The notes beneath the pieces were generated by a model. The model worked only from the letters and a program-made list of their open reading frames with translations, was not told the DNA's origin and ran no database searches. 64,000 nucleotides of DNA, from NCBI GenBank assembly GCA_965649765.1, contig OZ287757.1, positions 52,824,001 to 52,888,000 of the forward strand. The letters run 5' to 3'. Positions 1 to 12,270 of the stretch are shown in pieces. Position 1 is the first letter of the stretch. Each line of letters starts with the position of its first letter. A program made the position numbers and the translations under genes. The stretch is from Bispira polyomma. Lineage: Eukaryota.

Positions 1-599
1 ATCTTGTTAAACCATCACCCTATATGCAAAATAAAAGTTTTAATCTCTCGAGTTTGAAATTTTATCGGTGAAATTAAAAAGTTCTTATGTTCCTCTTTAT
101 TAAAACACAGCATTTAAAGTTAAACTTATTAAAGTTTCAGTTTGAGGCATTTTATTTATATATACATTGTTGATGGCAACCTATAATTGTACCTATTTTT
201 ATCTTTAAAAAGCATTTTTATGCCCCTGGCTATTTGATCCCCCGGCATCATGCTTTTGGTTTCTCTGTCCGTCCTTCCATAACGCTCAGACAGAGGAAAA
301 ACATATTTTTCTTCAAGTTAGGAATATGGTAGCTTTCCAAAACTTCACCAATCATTAAATCACACATTAGACCAGACAAAGTTTGAATTGGGTCTCCTGA
401 TGGATAATATGGCCCATAATTGCCTATATTTTTTCAACCTAGGAGTATTCTTATTTTGTAAAACTGTTTAAATACACCTTACACTGAAAAAGTAAAAATA
501 TCTGGGAAAATTTTTTAATTTGGACTCCAGATCGATAAAACATGCACGAAGAATATTGCATTCCTTAATAGTTCAATAGAATTAATTATTATCAGATCC

Positions 600-601
<2 letters not shown>

Positions 602-672
<71 letters not shown>

Positions 673-675
673 ATA
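602..675. repeat. (TA)n microsatellite
   Basis: Near-perfect TA dinucleotide run. Confidence 0.95.
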
Positions 676-684
676 GAATCGATA

Positions 685-864
685 TAGTAGAACCTCTATT
701 TCACTCTTGGGAAAGTGAGAATTTTTGGGGATAATAGAAGGTCTGTAAAAAATAAGTGGCATGTTAGTATGAAACATAGCAAAACATAAGTTTGGGAGAG
801 TGAAATTGAGTACGTAAAAATGAATATTCGGATAATAGAGTTTCGGCTAATAGAGGTTCTACTG
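685..864. mobile_element. Tc1/mariner (pogo/Tigger-like) MITE, about 180 bp
   Basis: Terminal inverted repeats (t)agtagaacctctatt / aatagaggttctactg flanked by TA on both sides; internal ggataatagag sub-repeats. Confidence 0.7.
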
Positions 865-935
865 TATTACATTGTACAATATATTCAAATATTTGTTTCC
901 ATGTATGACCGTATAATATATGGCATATCTCGATA

Positions 936-1950
936 TTAGACATCCTTATTAATGCGCTTTATTGATGTTAGGCATCTTCTAAAGCGCAACAGTAGAATCA
1001 TTGGTCCAATCATTAAGTCCATGGAAATAGCAAAGTCGTAAGGAAGGAAGTGGGAGCGTGCACGAGGAAAGCTAAGGTGGGTAGGCAAGATTAAAAAGAT
1101 AGGTTTTAAGATTTTTCCTAAAACCAATAAGTGTGTCAACTGATCTGAGGTCAACTGGAAGACTGTTCCATAACCATGGAGCTACAGTGGAGAACGATTT
1201 GAAACCCGCCTTTCTGATTGGTCTGACCGAAGTGACGGAGAGTCTGTTGCCTTTCTTGCAGTTACTGAAGGAAAGAATGGAGGCAAGGTAGGGTGGAGGA
1301 TGTGAATCTTAAACAAAATTCGAGATTTAATGGGCAGCCAGTGTAGTTTTTTGAGGTAAGGAGTGTCGTCTGTGCGACAACCCAGGCGAAAAATGACCCT
1401 ACATAGGTAGTTTTGGATGGACTGGAGCTTTTTAATGGGTGACTCATTTGCTCCGTACAAGAGAGAATTGCAGTAGTCGAGGCGGCTACTCACAAGGGAA
1501 TTTGCCACAGTTTTCGCTGTGTCCATGGACAAGTGGTTTCTGATTCTTTTGATGTCGCGTATGTGGTAATAGCAGAAGCGACAGATGTTGGTAATATGAG
1601 TATCAAACGAAAAAGCTGAATCAAAAGTGACACCCAGGTTTTTAGCATTTTCAGAAGGTAGTATGTCTTTTCCCAGCAGGGAGATGGGAAACAAAGATTT
1701 TAGGAGTTCACTGTTTTTCTTGTTTCCTATGAGGATGAATTCTGTTTTGTCAGGGTTAAGCTTTAGTTTGGAGTAGTTCATCCACGCCTGGACATCAGAG
1801 AGACAGTCTGCAAGTAGGCCTATGTTAGTATTTGCATTTTGTGGATTGAGGGAGAGATAGACTTGAGTGTCATCTGCATACATGTGATGTTTTATATTGT
1901 GTTTATTGATGCCAGTGCTGAGAGGATGTGTATAAAGGGTGAAAAGTACC
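936..1950 (-). mobile_element. 5'-truncated L2/CR1-group LINE: RT C-terminal half plus 3' UTR
   Basis: ORF 1182-1991 has FTLYTHPL, HMYADDTQVY, LKLNPDKTEFI, KNLGVTFD, SRLDYCNSLL and LHWLP, motifs typical of L2-clade ORF2. Its 3' end (ttagaagatgcctaacatcaataaagcgc on minus) is shared with 59150-59190. Confidence 0.9.
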
Positions 1951-2283
1951 CTCATTTGTCTTGACAAAAAACAGTGATGTCTACACATCAACTAATTTTA
2001 CTGAAGATTGTGTCGTTAGTTTTAACTATCACCTGGGGCATTTTTAAAGAGAGACATATTTCTAGTCTATTCATAGTTGAAAACATTAATTCAATCATGG
2101 AATTTAGTAATTATATTTATTATTAATATCAGTCTTCTTGCAATATATCAGCTGGGTACTTCCAATATTTTCAATCATGAATTGTTTGTGACACCGGAAT
2201 TTAAAGCTAGCTAAAGACATCTTGCACTTTTTAAGTCTGCTTGGACCAAATTAAAATTCTACTAGGGGAGCCTCCCCAAAATT

Positions 2284-2545
2284 GGGGCCGCGGTGGCCTA
2301 GTGGTTAGCAAGCATTGCACTTCACAATCACTGGTCTCTCCCCTCTGGGCGGCGTGAGTTCGAATCCTGTCAATGCCTATGTGGGAAAGGTGGTAGTTCC
2401 TTACTGTGGGCCGCTGGTTTCTCTGCAGAACCTTGACTGACTGTATGCAGTGTTTCCTCAAGCGTTTCTAACTACCGGTCCCAATATAACCTACTAAAAG
2501 GTACTAGAGTGGACGTTAATATCCAAATTCAAATTGAAATTCAAA
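2284..2545 (+). mobile_element. tRNA-derived (Leu-like) SINE with 15-bp TSD
   Basis: A box tggcctagtgg, B box gttcgaatcc, long variable-arm-like segment, (caaatt)n tail; TSD agcctccccaaaatt at 2269-2283 and 2546-2560; second copy at 21823-22080. Confidence 0.92.
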
Positions 2546-3857
2546 AGCCTCCCCAAAATTAAAATTTCAATTTTTCATGTGCATCGGCGAGATTAAAATG
2601 TGGATTTTGACTATGACATAAACATGGAATGCATATTGTGCTGTTGTTTAGAAAAAATATCGGTGTAAAAAAATTGGGATTAAATCCATAGATCCGGATA
2701 TGACCCAGTGGATCTGTATACGGCTGTCTGTTTAATATAACTTTAGTGTTAAGTGCAGAATCAACACTAAGCAGAGAAGTGTATTCGATGTCACATAGAC
2801 CATAAGACAAAAATCTTAATATTTAAGGCCTAAATCAAAGACCAAATCTTAAGCTTAACACTATTTTAAGACTAAGACCTTTTTAGAATAGGGCTCCTGT
2901 GTGTTGGCTGTACACTAAATCCACATGTTTATTACTGAGGTATTAAGACTGCAAGTCTGTATACTGATTGATATTGGTTATAAAATAGTTAAACAGTCAA
3001 ATTATTTGCTAAAATTGATAAATTGATTTTATTGGAACAAAACTGTTACTATTAATTGGATGAATTCACCACTCTGTATTCTGTCTTTTGATATCATGCG
3101 TAATACCTTTATTTAAAACAGAAGGAGCAGTATGAGATTCAATGTTATAAGGCTTTAATCCACCGTCATTTTGATCTGTACTATTTTCCTCATGATCACT
3201 CTTACCACTTGTTATCCTAACATTATCATCAGAGTCAAATAAGTGTAGGTTTAGCAAATGCATTTCAACAGACATGTTTACACCTCTGTAATATAAGATG
3301 TATATGAAGGTTTAAAAATCTAGCTGGTGAAGTGGTTAAATTATGTAAATAAACTGGCTGATTAGAGTTGTTAGATTTATCTCTCTTTTGTGGATGGGGG
3401 ATATTTTCTATTTTATGTTAAATCTAGTAAAATGGCTTGTCAATACTTACAATACTATACGTTTAAGATGTCTTATTTACCATGTTTGCTATTTTAAATA
3501 CAAGTCTAAAAAGAAACATTTCCCCCTATTTATAGATCTAGAAGGACAATAAAGTCAATAAATCCTAAATACTGATCAGTTTGAGATTCCATTTGGTTTA
3601 GGGTAAAGTAGAGCCCAGATTGGATGTACTGATCAAATGTCAAAGAACAAGACAATAAAGTGTTGGATAAAAAGACAACCTTTAGGGACAAAGTTTTTAT
3701 TGGGCGTTTACATAGTTTTCCAGGATGGTAAAACATTAATCTGCAAAATCAAAATTGATTCACAGTTGATTCTTTTTATGAGTTTTCTCTTTGAAATATT
3801 TTTTTTTCGATTTGATTTGGGTTGAATGTCGATTACAACACTCTTGGCCTAGTTGTT

Positions 3858-4668
3858 AAAGGGGGGTTCCACACTCAGGATTTGGTTCCCGACCTTCCCG
3901 ACTTTGTGATCAATAACAGGAAAAACGGCAAAACGTATAGGTCGGGGGCCGAAAATGGGGTGGTCGGGAAGGTCGGGAAGAATATCAAAAAAGTTTGATA
4001 TTTTGTAAAAGTGTCCTGACTTCAGTCCCGGACCTTCAAAAACATATAGGTCGGCTTCGGCGAATAAGTTCGATCCTAGTGGCGATACGTTCTGTCTGAT
4101 AGGTCTTAATATCACTCCCGGCCTGTCCTAATGCTGGGCCGTCGAAATGTATAGGTTGGGGGGCGAAAATAGGGTGGTCTGGAAGGTCGGGAGGAATTTA
4201 TGTGTGGAGACACATATAAAAGCTCATTTTATCAGTCTCGATAACAGAAATCAGTTCAAAAGTTGGTTACCTTTGCGACACCAAACCCACTTCTGGTGCA
4301 GTTCATGTACGCGAACGATTAAATTATTTGCTGGTATTTACAACAAACTTCCATCAAAAATGAGGTCTAAACAGGTATTATTTCTTCTATTATTTTCTAT
4401 AAGCCCATTTTGTCAGTCATTTTTACCATAATCGTCCCGACTTTGACTTTTAATACGTTCGATGGTGATGGTCTGGGTAGTGAATCCGTCAGATCCTATT
4501 GGCGATACGTTCGATTCTAGGGTGATACGTCAGATCCTATCACCAGTAAGTTTGATCCTATATAGGTTCAAGTACGATCGGGGTCAACGTCCTGTTTCGC
4601 CCGGACTTTTCCGACTTTAACATTGGGCCCATTTTGCCAATCAAACTTAAATGTGGAACCCCCTCTTT
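3858..4668. mobile_element. Non-autonomous DNA transposon / MITE, probably PIF-Harbinger-like
   Basis: Imperfect TIRs aaaggggggttccacac / atgtggaaccccctcttt in a TTA/TAA context; GC-richer interior with repeated gtcgg/ccgac and gatccta motifs; no transposase ORF. Confidence 0.65.
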
Positions 4669-7600
4669 AGAGTGTCAGACTTTGGATCTGAGTGATCTGA
4701 GAACGCCAGTTCTATCCTCAGTGCAGGCCTGCAGATTGTACCATTGGACAAGGAATTTATAATTTCAAACCGTTTAAAATTTGGACACGCAAGAGATACA
4801 AAAGTATGACATACTGAAACGTGGATATGCGTCACAGTGTGTAAATGTGCGTCATTATGACGTCCTCTTACGTGTATTGCCGTACTCATACATGTCATAC
4901 GGGGATTTAAATAAGTACTTTGACGTGAACTTATCCATCTCCAGCAAAACTTGACAGCTTTAGACGTACTAATACATGAATTTTACCATCATTAAACGCC
5001 TTTCACGAAAAAAAAATCAATATATTTGGGTTTTCCATTAATTTTTGCAGCAAATATATACACGGCCCTTGCGTGACTAACCTAACCTAATGTACATCCG
5101 GTGGGACCAGGGCAGAACATACTTATTTCTTACGTAGGTGATTAGCCTCACGCTCAAAATGGAAATAAATATAAAATTTCATAAAATTATCCTTTTCTCA
5201 TTAATGTTTATTTCCTCTCAGGCAATCAATCTCAATGTCATTCTTCTATACTTACATCTTCAATGACTTCACTTCTGGAAATGTGCAACCATGTTGACAA
5301 GTGCTACCATCTCTCAATGTTGAATTTATAATGTATCATATAGTTTGGGGTATGACTGATGGCTGGCTTTTCTGCTACCAACTCTGGCAACAAGGACTGT
5401 ATAAATATCACATGGAAAAGATGACTGCTAAAATACCTAGACCCACAGCAGTCAAAGCTTTTTTAATTAGTTCAATCATTAATTTGAAAAACCCATCAAC
5501 TTTGGGCCACACTGGTTTGGGGTAATAAATTCCAAATCGGTTTTTAAAAATAAGAATGTTTTATTTGCCATATATATACCAGCCACATGAAACATATAGA
5601 CCTTTAAAAATTTGCCCTGTACTCCACTTCAGCATAATGAGATGATTTCCACTTGTAACTTCTGTAGACCTTAATGGTATGAGAAAGGAATTTCTGTTTT
5701 GGTGTGATGTATTGAGTGATGGTAAATGTTTGACCGAATTCTGAAAATGTAACGTGGACAACATTTTATAGTATGAAGAATGAACCAAGCCAAAGCTCTG
5801 GCTATGTCTAAGACCGATTGTGTAATGTCCTAATTTTCTTCATGACTCAGTGACCTGTGTATCCTATTCCAATGAAAATCAAATATATTATATTGTGTGA
5901 GACTATATCCTGATACATTAACTTTCAGTTTGTTTTTGACAGCTATTCATCATACCATTTTAAACAGTTATATCACTTGAAATTGTTTCTATATTTAAAT
6001 TATGACTAAAGGGTTATTTCAAACCAGGAAGAAATATCTACACGAAACAAAAAAAAAAAAGATCTGATAACAAAAAAAAAAAAAAACTGTCAGGAGCATT
6101 ACAAATCTTTGCCTTTAAATTGGAGATGCTTGATTATTATGATTTGAAATTATTACAGTATTTGTATAATAGAATAATCAAAGAAGAAATGAACCTTATT
6201 ATGTTGTACACATCCAAGGCAGCTCACAGATTAACAAATAAATTTAAAAAATCTTATGATCTGAACAACTTATTGGTAACTTTTTTTTTGTTCGTTTTGG
6301 TTTACATGAATACAAATTAGAAATACGACAGAAATTCATCGTCAATGAAAAAACCTATTCACATTACTAATTATGCGTCTCTTGAAAAGGGCGCTTATTT
6401 GGTTTTACCCCTTTTACCCCAAAATATTTCATTTTGGCGGCCATCTTGAATTCCTGCGCCTTTTTTGGAAAAACTGTGTTATCTCAGAAACAGTGTCAGT
6501 CAGAGTGATTCTGCTTATCTGTCAACTTTTAAAATAAATTCCGGTTATGGCAGCCGTCTTGAATTTCTGCGTGTTTTTAAAAAAAGTCTATTATCTTGGA
6601 AATGATGCTAGATAGAGCAATATCGAACTCATTTTCGACCTGCAGAACTGATTTTGTTTATGTCAACTTTTTAACAAATTTGAAACCTTCTGCACTAAAC
6701 AATTTCTTTATTATTTCAACTTAAGGGACGCTTTGTTTTTATTATCAAAAAAGCGTTTTCTAGTTTTCAATGTAGTCATTTAAATACATTCACATTACTA
6801 ATTTCCCATACACTCATTTAATTGCATAAGAAAATAGCAAAAGACCAAATTAACTAGGTACATATCTACAAACACACATACGTTTATATGTTACACTCAT
6901 CAATGAAAAGTGCCCCATTCGTGAAATGGGAAACTCGTTGGAAATCTGAAATTTGGTAAATTGTTAGTTGCCCGTTTCACCTTATGAATTAGGACATTAC
7001 CTTATTTCACCTTATGTATGAAAAAAATTATTTCATTTACAGATCTTAAAAACATTATGACAGTAGGATATAGCACAATTTATAAATGTGTAATACTTTA
7101 TCATCAAACAATTAATACTTGACATAATTAAATATTTTGACTTTTTGGTTTTGGGTGCTTTTTCACATTCCTGGGTCAGTCTTAATAGAAAAGAGGAAGT
7201 CTGGAGATCTCTTTGTATTATTACACTTGTACTATCCAGAGTTAGTTTCAAAATAAACCAAATGTGAGTAAGGTTTAAATTACCTTTGAAGTGTTAAACC
7301 TGACTAACTATTCTTTTTGATGTGAAGGCTTGTACTAAATTCCAATGGGAGTAGGTTTTAAATCCTCTTGTAGTGTTAAACTGTACAACTTTGTGATCTT
7401 CAGATTATGAGGAAAAATAATCAGTGTCTTGAAACTGCTTAAATCTCTACAGACAGTTATCACATTCTTAAAACTGACAAGCTAGTCTCTTTGGGTGTAT
7501 ATATGGATATGTATTGCATTATTAACTCCTAAACTTTAAGGCTTAAGTGTCACTTGATTTTATCATTTAATCAGACATTATTCGTGCATGTAATAGAAAC

Positions 7601-8106
7601 ATATATTTTACTAATACAAATCAAATTTACACTTTACTTTAAACAATAATCACACATAAATATTTTTGTACACATATATTACTGTTCATTTAGTTAAATG
7701 AGAAGTTGTTTCTCATTTTACAAGCATATTTGATGTAATTCTAAGAAAAGGAGTAGTAATTAGCAGAAATTTCATTTTTTTTTTTTTACAATATTATCTA
7801 AATGCATAGATTTATACTTATATTATTAATAATAAATTTCTCCACCCCATAGTTTTGCTTCAGTTAAGATACAAGCTCAATTTAGGATTGTTTACCAAAT
7901 TTATTTTTCAGAATTACCTAAAAAAAGTCACAAAATTATTATGCACAGAAATGTTGACTTTACTATCTAGAAGTAGTTATATATTAAATAAAGTTTAAAA
8001 ATACCCCAATTACATTTTTGAATCACTGTGTGTATGAAAGTTAAAATGTCGTACATTAACTTGCCCACTTCACAGTATAGGCAATTTCATGGGTTGGGTG
8101 TAACGT

Positions 8107-8109
<3 letters not shown>

Positions 8110-8175
<66 letters not shown>
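8110..8175. repeat. (TA)n microsatellite
   Basis: Perfect TA run; it explains the YIYIY artefact ORF 8070-8294. Confidence 0.95.
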
Positions 8176-8180
<5 letters not shown>

Positions 8181-9289
8181 AACAATACTCTTAGACATGT
8201 ACAACAATTCTTTTAAATTAATTTCTGGAAAAGGTTCACATTTAGGCTGTTCTACTGGTAGGGTTACTGATACTTGTCTGTTAACACCGCCCATTTGGGC
8301 AGTGCCAGAGATACTTTACTATTTTGCTTCCCGTCGCAAAGATAAAATAAGTATCCGTGACCGAAGGCAAACGGAAATTGATGAAGAACAGACTCGAAGT
8401 ATACCACATGCATGATGGGCGATATATCCATATTTTACATAAAAACAATACTTTCAGGAATGGTAACCTACTTGTTAAATTATACGTCCATATAAGAGAT
8501 TCATTCAAGCAAATATATCTACATATAAGTTAATATTTAATTAAATTTTCATCATTATATCAAACGTAACACATAGTGGTGGAGGAGTCTAAAGCCGAAG
8601 ACAACTAAATATCCTTATATGGAACTTAGTACTTTAGAGTGCTGTCTTCTGAAACCTATCATTATTTAGCTGGTCACGTGACTTATTTAGAAAGTTAACT
8701 AGCGAGACATGTGTATAACTTTGATAGTTATCTTTCTTGGCTATTGACCAGATGAACAGTCAGATATACTTATCTTTCCATCAGACTAAATAAGATAAGT
8801 ATCTTTCCTACCAGTCGAAAGTGCCTAATGCTAAAGACTATTATACTACTATAAAAGGAATTACGCTAACTTTAAACAAGAATAGTATTTAAATGGAGTT
8901 TACTTAAAGACACATTAGTGTGACATTTACTTCATGTAGACACAACAGACACATGAGTGTCAGATATATACTTTATGTAGTTAACTGTTCAGAATATCTT
9001 GAAAAAAAGGGAAAATCCATATTGGACTGATAAAAAAGAAAATGACATCAGGTTTAATGTATATAGAGAGGACATTCAAACTTCCTGCCAAACTAAATTG
9101 AGAATTTATGTCCCCTATTTAGAAATGACCAGTAAGCTGAGACTTGTATAATATTGTATCCATTCTAAAATTTGAAATATCTATATATTTTGTCAATAAA
9201 ACACCTAAACTTTACCCTTTTGAGATATAAACCACAAGGTGTTACAGAAAAAAAAACTTTGATGAAGGAATTTGTAAACTTTGTAATGA

Positions 9290-9959
9290 CATTTCCCCGG
9301 TGACAGGCCACAGTGTCCGAGGTCAAGAAGACAAGAAATAAAATGGCAGAATGCGGTAAAACATTTATTTATTATTATACTAAGATGTTAAACTACTACT
9401 AAGCTACTATTATATACAAGGTGACTTATGGTCACCATAAACAAGTAATTTTTAGAGAAGTGACTTTAAGGCCACTTAAAGTGATAAATGTTTTATTTAG
9501 CATTATTATTTTAAAATTTTGGTAAGGTCACCTTAGCACCAGAATTAAAGTCCAAACTACTAAAACACTGAGCCCTCGGCTGTTACACAAGCAAAGGTGA
9601 CCTTAGTTCCCAATTTTATATAAGGTTAAGTTAATTTATAGTTGAGTTACTGTACTGTAACCTTTAAATGCAGGTCTTATTGACCAGTTACTTTACACTA
9701 ATTCGTTACTGTACTGTAACATTTCTAAAACACTACTGATTGACAATCGTATGGAAACCACAGTTGATGATAAGTGATTTCGTTGACAGAAGCAATTTGA
9801 AGTTGTCATAATTGGTAAGTATATCAGTACTTGAAATGGGATAATAAAACAATTAAGTTAACACTGAACCCACGTGACACTACTAATACTTAGGGGTATT
9901 ACTATTACATAATATGAACTGGTTGGCAGACTTTACCCTCTTAATTGACTAGAATCAGC
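9290..9959 (-). repeat. Split direct repeat B2 (670 bp, element 3' end)
   Basis: Direct repeat of 10565-11234 with 4 substitutions (9316, 9340, 9410, 9934); AATAAA signals on minus at 9364-9373. Confidence 0.95.
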
Positions 9960-10402
9960 AAATTGTAAAACAAAGTTGTTAATAAAGGTAGAATTACTTA
10001 AATTTAAAACAAAAGATAACATACGATTAATAGATATAATACGACATGTGATACAATAATATGTAAAAATGTAAAGTTAAAATGTAATAAAAGTTCTCAT
10101 AACGTAAATGTCTGTTTCGTCTAAAATGAAGTCCAGGAGCTTAAACCTTGCACCTTAACGGGTGGTATAACCATATTGGCGGGTTAATTTACATGAGACT
10201 CTTCTAGCTCAATCCAGAGGCCTTACATGACTAAGCAATATAGTCCCTTACAAAACACAATGTGCGAGATCCTGAACCACCAGTTCACCACAGAAACTAG
10301 CTACACCATAAGGGTCACTGTTGATCACTGGATCTGTGTTGCTGTGTTCTACCAACATTCTGAAACTACAACATACTTTTTAAGTGGGAGGTAGTGGGTG
10401 GG

Positions 10403-10564
10403 TTGTTAAACACTCTTATGTATAACTTCTTAAAAAGTAATGATGGCGCTGGTTGGGCGCCAAAGCCTTTTATACTTGGCCTCGTGACCTCAGGTGGTCT
10501 AATTGGCCCCCAAGTAGCCTGGCACCAGAACTGAGGGGGCTGTCGCCGAGGCGTCAGCCCACCA
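10403..10564 (-). repeat. Split direct repeat A2 (162 bp)
   Basis: Direct repeat of 15662-15823 with 6 substitutions; abuts B1 to form the B-A circle-junction sequence. Confidence 0.95.
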
Positions 10565-11234
10565 CATTTCCCCGGTGACAGGCCACAGTGCCCGAGGTCA
10601 AGAAGACAAGAAATTAAATGGCAGAATGCGGTAAAACATTTATTTATTATTATACTAAGATGTTAAACTACTACTAAGCTACTACTATATACAAGGTGAC
10701 TTATGGTCACCATAAACAAGTAATTTTTAGAGAAGTGACTTTAAGGCCACTTAAAGTGATAAATGTTTTATTTAGCATTATTATTTTAAAATTTTGGTAA
10801 GGTCACCTTAGCACCAGAATTAAAGTCCAAACTACTAAAACACTGAGCCCTCGGCTGTTACACAAGCAAAGGTGACCTTAGTTCCCAATTTTATATAAGG
10901 TTAAGTTAATTTATAGTTGAGTTACTGTACTGTAACCTTTAAATGCAGGTCTTATTGACCAGTTACTTTACACTAATTCGTTACTGTACTGTAACATTTC
11001 TAAAACACTACTGATTGACAATCGTATGGAAACCACAGTTGATGATAAGTGATTTCGTTGACAGAAGCAATTTGAAGTTGTCATAATTGGTAAGTATATC
11101 AGTACTTGAAATGGGATAATAAAACAATTAAGTTAACACTGAACCCACGTGACACTACTAATACTTAGGGGTATTACTATTACATAATATGAACTGGTTG
11201 GCAGACTTAACCCTCTTAATTGACTAGAATCAGC
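10565..11234 (-). repeat. Split direct repeat B1 (670 bp)
   Basis: Direct repeat of 9290-9959, starting about 20 bp after the YR stop codon. Confidence 0.95.
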
Positions 11235-11254
11235 CAAACACCAAAAGGTAGAAA

Positions 11255-12239
11255 CTAGGGAGAAGTAGTGGGAGACAGGTGACGTCTGAAAGAGTCAGCC
11301 ACTTGTTGGCCAGCATCCACTGTATCAGTGATGTACCTCCACACTCAGTCCGAAGTCCAGGTGCCATGTTTTTGTATATTTTGAATGCTGACATTATGAT
11401 TAAAGGCAAAAGTAGCCCCTGAACGACGGAAAGCGTGGAAGGTAAGTCCTGAATTTTAATCTAGTTAATACATCTTTAATGTGACGACGCACCCTGGTGT
11501 CGGTAAGGGGAACCCATTTATGATTGACTTTGATTTGAAACAAAGGTGAGTTATGCTGAGAAGGAGTGAGGGCCATGATGGCCTCCATTGACCCTACAGG
11601 ACATAGAGGGGAACCTGGTAACCGAGGTACAGTTAAAAGTTTGATTTGGTTGTTGCTCTGCATAGTTTTAGACCACTTAATAAGAAGGACTGCTCTACTA
11701 GAGTGAATCGTAACGTCTGCTTTGGCCAGATGTTTTAAGGGAGAAAAATGAGCAGCAGAGTGAGGTACCAAGTTCGAAAGGCGAAGAAAAGGAAAAAAAA
11801 CTGAGCAGGTAAACTGCCTTGAAGACAAGCCCCATATAGGTTGTATTAGAAACTGCAACAATGTCGATAAGGGTGTCAGTATCAATAACTTTTTTAAGTT
11901 TTATATTCAAAGGGGCAGCCATCTGTACAGCTTTTTGATAGTAGGCGATACGAGGGTCACTGAAGGCCTGAATTTGGACATTATGTACAATGGATTCAGC
12001 TCTAATGGCAGAAAGATAGTTAGCCATATGGGCAGGTTTCACAGAGTTGAAATGTAACACTTCCAGGAAACCTAAAAGATCAAACACAGTCACCTGGTTA
12101 AAAGGCTGATCCATGAATGCAGCATAAGCCAAAAACACCCTGTACATGGCTCTGTAAGATCTGGCAGTTGACCTACAGAACGCCAAGTGCAGTTTTCTCA
12201 CAGCATTATCATATAGTAATTTTTGTTGTGGGTTTGTAT
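11255..12239 (-). pseudogene. Tyrosine recombinase of the Ngaro element (2 frameshifts, 1 nonsense codon)
   Basis: Stitched from ORFs 11698-12201, 11400-11885 and a third frame: N-terminal NYLSAIR domain, FLRLSNLVP (catalytic R), KWSKT, LCPV, TFHAFRRSGATFAF, KHGTWTSD*VWRY (TGA at 11345-11347 just before the catalytic Tyr), stop at 11255-11257. Confidence 0.92.
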
Positions 12240-12270
12240 CTACAAAACAACAATAGAAGGAAGTACAGTG

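Noticed and set aside
2284-2375. Functional tRNA (TCA-containing loop, selenocysteine-like)
   Set aside because: Acceptor and anticodon stems do not pair properly, and it is the head of a TSD-flanked SINE present twice.
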